Source of the DNA: Acidimicrobiia bacterium
GTDB taxonomy: Bacteria > Actinomycetota > Acidimicrobiia > Spongiisociales > UBA11373
Assembly (NCBI GenBank): GCA_040882645.1
Contig: JBBEAX010000055.1
Span: 3,589-67,588 of the forward strand
Length of the DNA: 64,000 nt
Reading direction: 5' to 3'
Part shown: piece after piece, positions 37,909 to 47,787 of the stretch
Position numbering within the stretch: the first letter of the stretch is position 1
Layout: each line of letters starts with the position of its first letter
Program-made: the position numbers and the translations under genes
Notes under the pieces: model-generated
Databases searched by the model: none
Seen by the model: the letters and a program-made list of their open reading frames with translations, nothing else
What the model was told of the DNA's origin: nothing

Positions 37909-40344
37909 ATGACGGACGACCGGGACGCCCGGGTAGAACTGATCGACATCGAGCAGGAGGTGAAGGCCTCCTTCCTCGAGTACGCCATGTCGGTCATCGT
38001 CTCCAGGGCGCTGCCCGACGTACGCGATGGTCTCAAGCCGGTTCACCGGCGGATCCTCTTCTCGATGTACGACTCGGGGAGCCGGCCCAACCAGCCGTTC
38101 CGCAAGAGCGCCCGGGTGGTCGGCGACGTCATGGGCTGGTTCCATCCCCACTCCGGTGAGGCCATCTACGACGCGATGGTTCGCCTCGGCCAGGACTACG
38201 CCACCCGCTACCCACTCATCCAGCCGCAGGGCAACTTCGGCACCGTCGATGATCCGCCGGCGGCGATGCGGTACACCGAGGCACGGCTCGAGGCGCTGGC
38301 GATGCACATGCTCGACGGTATCGACGAGGACACCGTCCACTTCGAGGACAACTACTCCGGGGAGCGTCAGGAGCCGACGGTGCTTCCGGCCCGTTTCCCC
38401 AATCTGCTCGCCAACGGGTCCACCGGCATCGCGGTCGGCATGGCGACGAACATTCCCCCGCACAACCTCAGCGAGATCATCGACGCGACCATTCACATGA
38501 TCGACAACCCCGACGCCACCGCCGAAGACCTGCTCGAGTTCGTCAAGGGCCCCGACTTTCCCACCGGGGCGTACATCGTCGGCACCAAGGGGGCGCGCGA
38601 CGCGCTGCTCACCGGGCGCGGCTCGGTGAAGATGCGGGCCGTCACCGAGGTCGAGGAGGTTCGGAAGGGGCGCACTGCGATCATCGTCTCCGAGATCCCG
38701 TACCAGGTGTCGCGCGACCGGATCATGGAGAAGATCGCCGACATCGTGCGCGACAAGAAGGTCACCGGCATCGCCGACCTGCGCGACGAGAGCGATCGCA
38801 ACGGCACCCGCCTCGTGATCGAGTTGAAGCGCGAGGCCACCCCGCAGGTGGTTCTCAACCAGCTCTACAAGAACACCCAGCTCCAGGAGAGCTTCGGGGT
38901 GAACATGGTCGCTCTGGTCGACGGCGTTCCCCGCACCCTCAACGTCGCCGAGATGATCGGGTATTACATCGATCACCAGATGGATGTGATCGAACGGCGG
39001 ACCCGGTTCCGCCTCGGCCGGGCAGAGGCCCGCGCCCACATCGTCGAGGGGCTCCTCATCGCCCTCGACAACATCGATGCCGTGGTGGCGGTGATTCGGG
39101 GGTCGAAGGACACCGACACCGCCCGCACCGCCCTGATGAAGAAGTTCAAGTTGAGCGAGATCCAGGCGACGCATATTCTCGACATGCCCCTGCGTCGGCT
39201 CACCGCGCTGGAGACCACCAAGCTGCGCGAGGAGCACGCCGAGCTGCTCAAACTCATCAAGTACCTCAACGGCCTGCTGAAGAGCCCTACGAAGCGTCGG
39301 GCGCTCATCGCCGCCGAGTTGAAGGAGATCCGGGAGAAGTTCGGCGACAACCGACGAAGCATCTTCATCCCCGACGATGGCGACATGACGCTCGAAGACC
39401 TGATCGCCGACGAGGAGATCGTGGTCACTGTCACCGCCAACGGTTACGTCAAGGCGGTCAATGCGTCCGCCTACAAGAAGCAGGGGAGGGGCGGTCGCGG
39501 GGTCAAGGCCGAGAATCTGCGTGAAGACGATGTCATCCACCACCTCGTCCACACCACCGCCCACGCCTATCTGTTGTTCTTCACCAACCGCGGCAAGGTG
39601 TACCGGATCAAGGCCCATGAGCTCCCGCGCAAGGACCGCACCGCCAAAGGGGTACTTGCACAGTCGGTGCTCCCCCTCGGCCCCGATGAGGTGATCGAGG
39701 CCGTGGTCGATACCCGTGACTACGAGACGGCCCGATACCTGGTGATCGCCACACGGGATGGGCAGATCAAGAAGACCAAGTTCTCCGACTACGACAGCCG
39801 CAACAGCAGCCTCATCGCGATTCGGCTCGCCGGCGATGACGAGGTGGTGGCAGTGCGCACCACCACCGGCAAGAACGACATTCTGCTGTTCACTTCCGAC
39901 GGGCAGGGGATCCGGTTCAAGGAGGGCGACATCCGGGCCATGGGCCGCGACACGATGGGGGTCAGGGGCGTCCGGCTGCGCGAGGGCGATCACGTGGTGT
40001 CGGCGGCGAGCGACCAGGAGGGCGACGAGGTGGTGCTGCTGACCACCGCCGGCTACGGCAAGCGGGTGAAAACCGCCGAGTTTCCCCGTCAGAAGCGAGG
40101 TGGCCTGGGGGTGAAGGCCATCAAGCTCACCAAGGCCCGGGGGACCCTGGTGGCAGCCCGCACCATTGCCCCGGGGGCCGAGATCTTCGTCACCTCGTCG
40201 ACGGGAGTCGTGATTCGCACCGGCACCGACAAGATCAGCCGGCAGAAGAGAGACTCCACCGGCGTCAAGGTGATGACCGTCTCCGGCGGCGGCACGGTCA
40301 CCGCCTTTGCCCAGGTCCCCCCCGAGGAGCTCGTCGACGAATGA
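37909..40344 (+). CDS. gyrA: DNA gyrase subunit A
   Basis: 811 aa with the active-site region [10 protein letters not shown] and C-terminal beta-pinwheel repeats. Confidence 0.95.
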   Translation: MTDDRDARVELIDIEQEVKASFLEYAMSVIVSRALPDVRDGLKPVHRRILFSMYDSGSRPNQPFRKSARVVGDVMGWFHPHSGEAIYDAMVRLGQDYATRYPLIQPQGNFGTVDDPPAAMRYTEARLEALAMHMLDGIDEDTVHFEDNYSGERQEPTVLPARFPNLLANGSTGIAVGMATNIPPHNLSEIIDATIHMIDNPDATAEDLLEFVKGPDFPTGAYIVGTKGARDALLTGRGSVKMRAVTEVEEVRKGRTAIIVSEIPYQVSRDRIMEKIADIVRDKKVTGIADLRDESDRNGTRLVIELKREATPQVVLNQLYKNTQLQESFGVNMVALVDGVPRTLNVAEMIGYYIDHQMDVIERRTRFRLGRAEARAHIVEGLLIALDNIDAVVAVIRGSKDTDTARTALMKKFKLSEIQATHILDMPLRRLTALETTKLREEHAELLKLIKYLNGLLKSPTKRRALIAAELKEIREKFGDNRRSIFIPDDGDMTLEDLIADEEIVVTVTANGYVKAVNASAYKKQGRGGRGVKAENLREDDVIHHLVHTTAHAYLLFFTNRGKVYRIKAHELPRKDRTAKGVLAQSVLPLGPDEVIEAVVDTRDYETARYLVIATRDGQIKKTKFSDYDSRNSSLIAIRLAGDDEVVAVRTTTGKNDILLFTSDGQGIRFKEGDIRAMGRDTMGVRGVRLREGDHVVSAASDQEGDEVVLLTTAGYGKRVKTAEFPRQKRGGLGVKAIKLTKARGTLVAARTIAPGAEIFVTSSTGVVIRTGTDKISRQKRDSTGVKVMTVSGGGTVTAFAQVPPEELVDE

Positions 40345-40418
40345 GTTGCGGGCATGGTGATCCGCCGCAAAACGGCGGACCCCCGGTAACGTAAACAGGC
40401 CTTTCCGAGGAGTTCCCA

Positions 40419-40973
40419 ATGGCCGTCCAGCGAGTGCGACGGGTCATTCGAAAGATCGACCCGTGGACCGTTCTCAAGGTCACGATCGTCTTCAACGCCA
40501 TCATGGCGCTCGTCTTCGTGCTCGGGACGGTGATCTTCTGGTCGATCTTCGTGAATGCGGGCATCCCCGAGAGAATCAACGACCTGGCCTTGCTGATCGG
40601 GATCGAGAACGGCATCAACCTCGAGGGAGCGGTCTATTTCCGGGTCGTCCTGCTGCTGTCGATCATCGGCACGATCATGATGACGGGCTTCTTCACCCTC
40701 GGCGCGGTGGTCTACAACCTGATTTCTGACCTCGTCGGCGGCGTCGAGGTGATCGTCCTCGAGGAAACCCTGGGGGCGCGGGCGGTTCCCCGGGCCACGC
40801 ATTCGGGCGTCACTCGTCCTCCGGCGCGTCGGGGCATCCTCCCCACCGTGCGCTCGGCGCTCTCACCCAAGAGCGACGAGGAGAGAGCCCGCGCCGCCGC
40901 CAAGCAGGCGGCGAAGGACGAGCCGGCTCCGGTACGAGCCCCCGAAGTCCCCCAGGTAGAGAAGACGGGGTAG
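40419..40973 (+). CDS. DUF3566 domain membrane protein
   Basis: Conserved actinobacterial gene after gyrA (IRKIDPWTVLKVTIVFNAIMALVFVLG, AVVYNLISDLVGGVEV) with a disordered basic/acidic tail. Confidence 0.8.
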   Translation: MAVQRVRRVIRKIDPWTVLKVTIVFNAIMALVFVLGTVIFWSIFVNAGIPERINDLALLIGIENGINLEGAVYFRVVLLLSIIGTIMMTGFFTLGAVVYNLISDLVGGVEVIVLEETLGARAVPRATHSGVTRPPARRGILPTVRSALSPKSDEERARAAAKQAAKDEPAPVRAPEVPQVEKTG

Positions 40974-40976
40974 GGG

Positions 40977-41096
40977 CCGCGATACGCGATACGCGATTCG
41001 CGATACGACAGAAACGCCTGGATCAGCCGAGACGCGCCGGGCTCCGTCGAATTGCGAATTGCGAATTGCGAATCGCGGCTCGGGCGTCAGCCCGAG
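40977..41096. repeat. R-class heptad hairpin: CGCGATA/CGCGATT x4 (40977-41009) and inverted GAATTGC x3 (41047-41078), then a 7-bp hairpin (41079-41096)
   Basis: The arms align over 33-34 nt with 7 non-Watson-Crick positions. Several are G opposite T, so G-U pairs are possible in plus-strand RNA. It lies between convergent genes. The stop of the 41087 gene sits in the small hairpin loop. Confidence 0.8.
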
Positions 41097-41836
41097 TAGG
41101 CCGCCACTTCCAGTCCCACCCGCAACGCCGCGGCCAGGTACTGCTCGGGGTGATCTCCGGGGCGGTGAACCCCCGGGCCCACAGCGCCCTCCGCCACCAT
41201 GAGCGCGCCGGCGGCGAGGGCGATCCCATCGAGGTGGAGGCCCAGGTCGGCGACCCCGACGACCCGCGAGACGTGCTCGCCGTCGGCGTCACCGATCACG
41301 GTGGCGGATGCACCGGCCCACTCACCCTCGATCGGAACCCTGATGCGGATGCCGCCGTCGTCGCGCCCTGCCCCTTCACCCCAGCGGGCTCCGACCGGCT
41401 CAGGGAACGCCACCGGCTCGCCCCGTCGCAGCGGTTTGCCGGGCACCGTCCAGGCGGTGACGGTCCCGGTTACTTGGTCGGTACGGGCGATTTCATGGGC
41501 TGTCAGCGACTCGGCGATCCCCGAGAGGTTGGCCCCCACGAGGAGCGTCATCCCACTTTCGGTGAAGCGCCGGGTCACCTCCCGGTCGATCCGGTCGGCG
41601 GTGACGACGCAGGAGATGCCGTCATCGGCGGCGATACCGGCAAGACCGGAGGCGGCGACCGCGTCGTCGGTGGCTAGAGGGTTGTACCCGGTGAGCTCGC
41701 GGATCTTGATGGTCCGGCGTTCGGAGATTGGACCTTGATATCCGTACATCCCCAGGGCGACCAGGTCGCGCTCGGCGAGCAATATGAGCGCGGCGCGTCG
41801 TCCCGCCTCGCCGACCGCATGGATGGCGATCCTCAC
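41087..41836 (-). CDS. Hypothetical protein (possible Rossmann-like N-terminus)
   Basis: 249-aa ORF with coding-like composition and N-terminus MRIAIHAVGEAGRRAALILL. I recognise no family. Confidence 0.65.
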   Translation of the reverse strand: MRIAIHAVGEAGRRAALILLAERDLVALGMYGYQGPISERRTIKIRELTGYNPLATDDAVAASGLAGIAADDGISCVVTADRIDREVTRRFTESGMTLLVGANLSGIAESLTAHEIARTDQVTGTVTAWTVPGKPLRRGEPVAFPEPVGARWGEGAGRDDGGIRIRVPIEGEWAGASATVIGDADGEHVSRVVGVADLGLHLDGIALAAGALMVAEGAVGPGVHRPGDHPEQYLAAALRVGLEVAAYSG

Positions 41837-41849
41837 GTGTCGAACGGCT

Positions 41850-41969
41850 TCAAGCCGGTGTCCATTTGCCGGAGTCGGCTGGCGGCTCGATGGGCCGGCG
41901 CCGGAAAAGCGCCAGCGCCGCCGCGGCCAGGGCGGTGACGATCACCACCTGGAAGGTTCGTCGGAACAT
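41850..41969 (-). CDS. Candidate 39-aa single-TM protein (MFRRTFQVVIVTALAAAALALFRRRPIEPPADSGKWTPA)
   Basis: ATG 41969, with its stop 13 nt before the next gene's GTG. On the minus strand TACACT ends 6 nt before the ATG, which fits a leaderless-transcript -10 arrangement. It is the tail of the 41850..42515 track ORF. Confidence 0.4.
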   Translation of the reverse strand: MFRRTFQVVIVTALAAAALALFRRRPIEPPADSGKWTPA

Positions 41970-42059
41970 GGGCCGAGTGTAAGGGAGCCGCGCTGCAGCG
42001 TCGGAAGCGGAGTCGCCGGTTGGAAGGTGGCGGAGTTTCGTCATGTGGGAGACTGCCCC

Positions 42060-43133
42060 ATGGCACGCCTTGCAGCACCAGGCGAGAAGGTGTCCTTCGA
42101 GGAACTCCAACTCGGGACTCGAAACCACGGGATGCCTCTCGAGGCCCTGCGCTACGACGTCACCCCGGTCGGCATGCACTACCTGCTCGTGCACTTCGAC
42201 GTTCCGGCGATCGATCCCGGCGACTGGCGGCTCGAGGTGGGGGGCTCGGTAGGGAAGGAACTCGAACTGAGTCTCGACGACATCCGTTCGCTGCCCCGGC
42301 AGACGATGCCGGTGACCATGGAGTGTGCTGGCAACGGCCGCGCCCGCCTGGAACCCCGGCCTCGAAGCCAGCCCTGGTTGTTGGAAGCGGTCGGCACGTC
42401 CGAGTGGACCGGTACCTCGCTGGCCGGGGTCCTCGCGCAAGCTGGGGTTTCCCCGGACGCGGAGGAGTTGGTTTTCACCGGGGCCGATCGGGGGGTCGAG
42501 GGTGGCGTCGAGCACGACTATCAGCGCTCACTGCCCAAGGATGAGGCGCAGCGGGAAGAGGTCATGTTGGTGTACGAGATGAACGGTCGGCCCCTGGAGC
42601 CGCAGCATGGCTTCCCGCTCCGGCTCCTCGTGCCTGGTTGGTATGGGATGGCGAGCGTCAAGTGGCTGACCCGCGTCGAGGCGGTGACCGCGCCCTTCGC
42701 CGGCTACCAGCAGGCGGTTGCCTACCGGTACCAGGAGTCCGAGGAAGACCATGGTGTTCCGGTCACCCGGATCCGAGTCCGGGCCCTGATGATTCCACCG
42801 GGCATCCCCGACTTCTTCACCCGTCGACGGCAGTTGGCTTCAGGGCCGACGACACTCTCGGGGCGGGCTTGGTCCGGAGGGGCTCCGGTCACCAAGGTCG
42901 AGGTGGCGGCCGACGGTGACTGGGGGGAAGCGCGGCTCGGACCGTCGGTCGGCCCGTTCGCGTGGCGGGACTGGTCCTTCGATTGGGAGGCGTCGGCGGG
43001 CGATCATGTGTTGGCGTGCCGAGCCACCGACGCCGAGGGGAACACTCAACCACTCGAGCAGCCCTGGAACCTCCAGGGGATGGGCAACAACCTGGTGCAG
43101 GAAGTGGCGGTGACCGTTCGCGGCTCGCGCTGA
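42060..43133 (+). CDS. Sulfite-oxidase-family molybdopterin oxidoreductase
   Basis: ATG 42060 (MARLAAPGE). Moco-binding region TMECAGNGR and FPLRLLVPGWYGMASVKWL, with a C-terminal Ig-like dimerisation domain. Confidence 0.85.
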   Translation: MARLAAPGEKVSFEELQLGTRNHGMPLEALRYDVTPVGMHYLLVHFDVPAIDPGDWRLEVGGSVGKELELSLDDIRSLPRQTMPVTMECAGNGRARLEPRPRSQPWLLEAVGTSEWTGTSLAGVLAQAGVSPDAEELVFTGADRGVEGGVEHDYQRSLPKDEAQREEVMLVYEMNGRPLEPQHGFPLRLLVPGWYGMASVKWLTRVEAVTAPFAGYQQAVAYRYQESEEDHGVPVTRIRVRALMIPPGIPDFFTRRRQLASGPTTLSGRAWSGGAPVTKVEVAADGDWGEARLGPSVGPFAWRDWSFDWEASAGDHVLACRATDAEGNTQPLEQPWNLQGMGNNLVQEVAVTVRGSR

Positions 43134-43212
43134 CCCGGCTCTGACGGCATCCCGGCTCGCGTGACGGTCGCCGCTCGCCGCGCTGCGACCGAGCGCGTCG
43201 ATTCGTCCGGAT

Positions 43213-43240
43213 GCGGTTGCTCATTGCTCATTGCGGTTGC
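43213..43240. repeat. R'-class-like heptad array: GCGGTTGC-TCATTGC TCATTGC-GGTTGC
   Basis: Direct reading. TCATTGCG units match those at 22031-22046 and the reverse complement of 5531-5557. Confidence 0.55.
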
Positions 43241-43279
43241 CCCGACCCCGGTCCCGGCCCTACCCTCACCCCACCACGC

Positions 43280-43460
43280 GAGTGGTGACCTGACGGACAG
43301 CGAAGTCCGGTTTGAATCCGGCACTGTCCCGCAACCGTGATGCCCCTTTTGGGGACGAGTCGGGACGCCTGACGTCAGGTCGGATTTGGACGCCTTCGGA
43401 GGAAGGGTGGCCAGCCGTCGGGCTTCCACACCTCCTCCTCGAGACTCGAGGAGGTTTTTT
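43280..43460 (+). promoter_or_regulatory. Cobalamin (B12) riboswitch with a terminator / SD-sequestering expression platform
   Basis: The core GAAGUCCGGUUUGAAUCCGGCACUGUCCCGCAACCGUGA (43302-43340) matches the conserved cobalamin aptamer core from memory. The B12-box-like GAGUCGGGACGCCUGACG is at 43358-43375. P1 candidate is ACCUGACG (43288-43295) with CGUCAGGU (43373-43380). Terminator CCTCCTCG-agact-CGAGGAGG plus T6 is at 43434-43460. Its 3' arm contains the GGAGG SD for ATG 43462. Confidence 0.8.
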
Positions 43461-43461
43461 C

Positions 43462-44373
43462 ATGAAGCGGCTCTCTTGCCTGCTCCTACTGATCGCCCTG
43501 GTGGGCGGGGCGTGCGGTGACGACGCCCCGGCGGGCGATGGTGCCACTACCACTGTGGCCACCGGGTTCCCCGTGGAGGTGCGCGGGGCCACGATCCCCG
43601 TCCGCCCGGAACGGGTCGTCTCGGGATCGGCGACCCACACCGAGATCCTGTTCGCCCTCGGCGCCGGCGACCGGGTGGTGGCGGTGGATGCGTTCTCGGA
43701 CTTTCCTGCCGAGACGGCATCGATCCCCCAATTCGATGCCTTCAATGCCAGTGTCGAAGGGATCGCCGGGCTCGACCCCGACCTGGTGATCCTGTCCTTC
43801 GATCCGGGCGATGTGGTCGACGGGCTCGCCGCCCTGGGCATCCCGGTCGTCCTGTTCGCCCCGCCCGGTCCGGTAGATCTCGACGGCGTGTATGCGGAGT
43901 GGCGCGATGTCGGAGCCGCCGTCGGCCTGACCACCGAGGCCGAAGTTCTCATCGGAGAGGTGCGGGACGAGATCGCGGCGATCGTGGCCGAGGTCCCGAT
44001 CTATGTACGGCCCTTCTCCTACTACCACGAGCTCGACAACACCTACTACTCGATCGGATCCGACACCTTCATTGGTTCGATCTACGGGATGCTGACGATG
44101 GTGAGCATCGCCGACGCTGCCGGTGGCGGGTTTCCGCAGCTGTCGGCCGAGTTCATTCTCGATGCGGATCCCGACTTCATCTTCCTGGCGGACGTCGACT
44201 GTTGCGGTGAATCGATAGAGACCGTGGCCGCCCGGCCGGGCTGGTCTGAGCTCTCCGCGGTGCAGAGCGGCCGGGTGGTCGAATTGGACGAGGGGGTGGC
44301 TTCCCGATGGGGGCCCCGGGTGGTCGAGCTGGTGCGGGTGATCGCTCGCGAGGTCCACGGAGTCGGCGCCTGA
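43462..44373 (+). CDS. ABC transporter substrate-binding lipoprotein (BtuF/FecB-type, cobalamin or corrinoid likely)
   Basis: ATG 43462 follows the SD. Lipobox LLLIALVGGAC followed by GDD. It has a periplasmic binding protein class 8 look, and the upstream riboswitch suggests a B12-related substrate. Confidence 0.85.
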   Translation: MKRLSCLLLLIALVGGACGDDAPAGDGATTTVATGFPVEVRGATIPVRPERVVSGSATHTEILFALGAGDRVVAVDAFSDFPAETASIPQFDAFNASVEGIAGLDPDLVILSFDPGDVVDGLAALGIPVVLFAPPGPVDLDGVYAEWRDVGAAVGLTTEAEVLIGEVRDEIAAIVAEVPIYVRPFSYYHELDNTYYSIGSDTFIGSIYGMLTMVSIADAAGGGFPQLSAEFILDADPDFIFLADVDCCGESIETVAARPGWSELSAVQSGRVVELDEGVASRWGPRVVELVRVIAREVHGVGA

Positions 44374-45404
44374 CCGCCGCCGATCCGTCGCGGCGGGTAC
44401 CGCCACTGGTGGTTGCCGGTGCCTTCACCCTCCTGGTGGGGGCGCTGGCCGCCGGGGTGTTGATCGGTCCGGCGTCGCTGGCCCCCAAGCGGGTGATCCT
44501 CGAGATCCTCGGCCGGATGCCGCTGATCGACCTGGAGAGCGGGTTGGATGCGCGCGGCGCGGCCATCGTGTGGGAACTGCGGCTGCCGCGGGCACTGCTC
44601 GGCGCCCTGGTGGGAGCGACGCTATCGGTGGCCGGCGGCGCCTATCAGGGCGTGTTTCGCAATCCGCTGGCGGATCCCTATCTCCTCGGGGTGGCCGCCG
44701 GCGCCGGTCTCGGCGCCACGCTGGTGATCGTCACCGCCGGCGCCGGAGCGGCGATCGTGCCCATCGCCGCCTTTGCCGGGGCCATCGCAGCGGTCGTCGC
44801 CGCCTACGGCTTGGGGGCGGCGGCCGGAGGGCGAAGGAGCGGGGCAACCCTGATCCTGGCCGGCGTCGCGGTCGCAGCGTTCCTCACCGCGGCGCAGACC
44901 TTCGTCCAGCAGCGCAACGCCGACTCGATCCGCGAGGTCTACTCCTGGATCCTCGGCCGGCTCGGCACGGCCGGCTGGTCCGAGGTGGTGATGATGACGC
45001 CGTACGCCGTGATCTCGATCGTCGTGATCCTCTTCCATCGGCGGCTCCTCGACGTGCTGGCCGTGGGCGAGGAGGAGGCGCGCGCCCTCGGGGTGCGGCC
45101 CGAGCGCGTCCGGGCCGCCGTCGTCGTTGCCGCCACTTTGGGAACCGCCGGCGCGGTCGCCGTCAGCGGCTTGATCGGCTTCGTGGGGATCGTCGTGCCG
45201 CACACGGTCAGGCTGTTGGTGGGTGCCTCCTACCGGCTGATCCTGCCGCTGTCGGTCGCCGGCGGGGCAGCGTTCATGGTCCTCGCCGACCTTGTCGCCC
45301 GATCGGCGCTCGGGCCGGCCGAGATCCCCATCGGGGTCGTCACCGCATTCATCGGGGGACCGTTCTTCCTCATCGTGCTTCGCACGTCGAGGCGGTCGCC
45401 ATGA
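44370..45404 (+). CDS. FecCD/BtuC-type ABC permease (start uncertain)
   Basis: Multi-TM FecCD family (RNPLADPYLLGVAAGAGLG, PIGVVTAFIGGPFFL). Start options are CTG 44370 (GGAG 7 nt upstream, CTGA overlap with the upstream stop), GTG 44409, and ATG 44307 (67-nt overlap, as in the track ORF). Confidence 0.8.
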   Translation: MTAADPSRRVPPLVVAGAFTLLVGALAAGVLIGPASLAPKRVILEILGRMPLIDLESGLDARGAAIVWELRLPRALLGALVGATLSVAGGAYQGVFRNPLADPYLLGVAAGAGLGATLVIVTAGAGAAIVPIAAFAGAIAAVVAAYGLGAAAGGRRSGATLILAGVAVAAFLTAAQTFVQQRNADSIREVYSWILGRLGTAGWSEVVMMTPYAVISIVVILFHRRLLDVLAVGEEEARALGVRPERVRAAVVVAATLGTAGAVAVSGLIGFVGIVVPHTVRLLVGASYRLILPLSVAGGAAFMVLADLVARSALGPAEIPIGVVTAFIGGPFFLIVLRTSRRSP

Positions 45405-46171
45405 GCCGGGTGACTGCCACCGGCGTTTCGGTGGCGTACGGGGGCCGCACCGCGGTCGACGGCGTCGACCTCTCGGTGGCGGCGGGTGAGTGGGTCGCGT
45501 TGATCGGGCCCAACGGTGCCGGTAAGACCTCGCTGCTGCGCGCCATCGCCGGGACCATCCCCCACACCGGTGAGGTGATGATCGATGGCGTGGCGGCGGC
45601 TTCGCTGCCCCGGCGAAGGGCTGCCCGGTTGGTGGCGATGGTTCCCCAGCAGCCGGTGCTGCCTGACGGGATGACGGTGCTCGATTACGTGCTCCTCGGC
45701 CGGACTCCCCATCTGGGTTACCTGGCCGCCGAGAGCTCCACCGATGTCGCCATCGCCCGTGAGTCGATGGCGCGTCTCGACGCCGCCGACCTGGGCGGCC
45801 GCCGGCTGGGAGAGCTCTCGGGTGGGGAGCACCAGCGGGTGGTGCTGGCACGGGCGCTGGCACAGCAGTCCGCGGTGCTGCTTCTCGACGAGCCCACCGC
45901 CGCCCTCGATGTCGGCCACGGTCAGCAGGTGCTCGACCTGGTCGACGAACTGCGCCGGGAGCGAGGGATGAGCGTGATCGCCGCGGTGCACGACCTGACC
46001 CTCGCCGCCCAGTATGCCGATCGCCTCGCCCTCATGGACGGGGGCCGCATCGTCTCCGAAGGGAGCCCGCGGGCGGTGCTCACCGAAGACGCAATCGCCC
46101 GCTTCTCAGGCGCCCGAGTGTCGATCCTCACCGGCCCCGGCGGCGAAGTGGTAGTGGTGCCGAGGAGGTAG
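45401..46171 (+). CDS. ABC transporter ATP-binding protein (FepC/BtuD-type)
   Basis: ATG 45401 overlaps the permease stop (ATGA). Walker A GPNGAGKTSLL, signature LSGGEHQRV, Walker B LLLDEP. Confidence 0.9.
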   Translation: MSRVTATGVSVAYGGRTAVDGVDLSVAAGEWVALIGPNGAGKTSLLRAIAGTIPHTGEVMIDGVAAASLPRRRAARLVAMVPQQPVLPDGMTVLDYVLLGRTPHLGYLAAESSTDVAIARESMARLDAADLGGRRLGELSGGEHQRVVLARALAQQSAVLLLDEPTAALDVGHGQQVLDLVDELRRERGMSVIAAVHDLTLAAQYADRLALMDGGRIVSEGSPRAVLTEDAIARFSGARVSILTGPGGEVVVVPRR

Positions 46172-46260
46172 CAGGTGGCAGGTTGCAGGCCGGCCATAGA
46201 CGAGCGGCGACCAGGGACGGGGTTCTTCGAATTGCGTATCGCGAATTGCGTATCGCGAAC
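46171..46260. repeat. Heptad arrays: GCAGGTG GCAGGTT GCAGGCC (46171-46191), GGCCGGCC palindrome, and an R'-class 14-mer CGAATTGCGTATCG x2 perfect tandem (46228-46255)
   Basis: Direct reading. It lies between the convergent ATPase and VIT genes and starts at the last base of the ATPase TAG. Confidence 0.8.
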
Positions 46261-46262
46261 TA

Positions 46263-46985
46263 CTACGCGAACGCGTTGTACGCCGAGCCCACCGCGTATG
46301 CGAGGCCGGCTCCGACCGCGGCGATCGCCACGTTCTCCAGTCCGCTCCAGATCGGGTTCTTGCGGGTGGTGATGGTCTTGGCTGCCCCCACCGCAAACAG
46401 GGCGATGCCGGCACCGATCCCGGCGAACAGCAGTCCGTGCCCGGTGGATTCGACGAACACGAAGGGCAACACCGTCGGCAGCGAGCCGGCGACGAAGAGC
46501 AGTCCTGAATAGACCGCGGCGCGGTAGGGGCTCCGCCGTTCCTCTTCGACCACCCCGAACTCCAGCGCCATCATCGCCTTGATCAGCGCCTCGTCATCGG
46601 CGTCGAGGGCAGCGACGACGTCCTCCACCTGGGTGGGGGGGAGGCCCATGTCGCCGAACATCTCGCGGATCTCGTCCAATTCCTTCGCCCGGTGATGAAG
46701 GATGTGCTCGCGCTCTAGTTCCATCTCCGAGTCGAAGACCTCCTCCTGCGACTTGGTGGCGATGTACTCGCCCGCCGCCATCGAGATGGCGCCGGCGAGG
46801 CCGCCGGTGAGACCGGCGAGAAGCACCTCCCGGGTGGCGAGCCCGCCTCCGACGACCCCGACGACCAGGAGGAAGATCGACACCAGGCCATCGTTCACCC
46901 CGAGCACGATGTCTCGCATGTACTGCCTGGTGGCGCCGACGTGAGGGCGGTACGGCGGAATCTCGGCAGTGTCGACGGTGTCCAT
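46263..46985 (-). CDS. VIT1/CCC1 family iron/manganese transporter
   Basis: RDIVLGVNDGLVS, AGEYIATKSQEE and a C-terminal TM bundle. Confidence 0.9.
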   Translation of the reverse strand: MDTVDTAEIPPYRPHVGATRQYMRDIVLGVNDGLVSIFLLVVGVVGGGLATREVLLAGLTGGLAGAISMAAGEYIATKSQEEVFDSEMELEREHILHHRAKELDEIREMFGDMGLPPTQVEDVVAALDADDEALIKAMMALEFGVVEEERRSPYRAAVYSGLLFVAGSLPTVLPFVFVESTGHGLLFAGIGAGIALFAVGAAKTITTRKNPIWSGLENVAIAAVGAGLAYAVGSAYNAFA

Positions 46986-47022
46986 CCGGTCGATTGTACG
47001 ACCCGCCAGCTGCCGGCTCCGA

Positions 47023-47148
47023 TCAGCCGTTGGTGAGGAGTCGGGAGGCGAAGCCCATCAGCAGGGCGATCCAGAACACCGCCGCCGTCGCCAGTACGAA
47101 GCCGACGATGATCTTGATGCGCCGTTTGTAGGTGGCTGGGCCAGACAT
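47023..47148 (-). CDS. Candidate 41-aa single-TM protein (MSGPATYKRRIKIIVGFVLATAAVFWIALLMGFASRLLTNG)
   Basis: Hand translation. The ATG (47146-47148) directly abuts the TGA of the upstream membrane-protein gene (TGAATG on the minus strand). Third-codon positions are GC-rich. Confidence 0.45.
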   Translation of the reverse strand: MSGPATYKRRIKIIVGFVLATAAVFWIALLMGFASRLLTNG

Positions 47149-47694
47149 TCAGAACCCCGGGAAGGCGACGTTGGTAAAGAACCAGAACGAGCTGGTCCAG
47201 AACATGATCGTCAAGGCTCCGAACACGACGCCTCCCGCCACCGGGAGCGCCCACCCGGGCAACCCCTTCGAGCGAACGATCAGGACCTTGGCGGCGAACG
47301 CGCCGTAGAAGATGCAGCCCACCGTCGAGTGGATCAGGACCCGGGTGCTGAAGTCCTGGAAACCGAGGCTCCACAGGCAGTGGTAGGCGACGGGCAGCGT
47401 GAACAGGAAGGAGAGGGTGCCGCTGAGCCGGTGGACCGAGCCGAGCCAGGGGGCGGTGGGTCCCGACCCCAGCTTCCCGTACATCCGCAGGGCGGTCCCC
47501 AACTGGAACAGCGCGGCGGTGAATGCTGCGGTCGCCAGCCACACCTTCGCCCGGAGCGGCGCGGTGAAGAACAAGCTGACCAGGGAGCGTCCTGTCGGAT
47601 CGTGGATGTTGCCGTAGACCCCCAGCGCGACGGCGACGGCGCTCCCAACCAGCAGGGCGAGAATCAATCGCCCGCGGCGTGTCGCCGTCACCAT
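47149..47694 (-). CDS. Hypothetical 5-TM membrane protein with conserved-looking His residues
   Basis: 181-aa hydrophobic ORF. I cannot confidently name the family. Confidence 0.7.
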   Translation of the reverse strand: MVTATRRGRLILALLVGSAVAVALGVYGNIHDPTGRSLVSLFFTAPLRAKVWLATAAFTAALFQLGTALRMYGKLGSGPTAPWLGSVHRLSGTLSFLFTLPVAYHCLWSLGFQDFSTRVLIHSTVGCIFYGAFAAKVLIVRSKGLPGWALPVAGGVVFGALTIMFWTSSFWFFTNVAFPGF

Positions 47695-47787
47695 CGTTCG
47701 CCCCCTCCTCGTGAGAAAAAGGGACGCTACCTCGCCGCTACCTTGCCGTGCCGAGCGATCGGACCCTGGTTAGGGTGCCTCCGGTTC

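Noticed and set aside
47695-47787. Possible c-di-AMP (ydaO-type) riboswitch upstream of the M23 peptidase gene, and degenerate GCTACCT repeats there.
   Set aside because: The 93-nt spacer is too short and lacks the conserved ydaO cores. The two GCTACCT copies are not in a 7-nt array.
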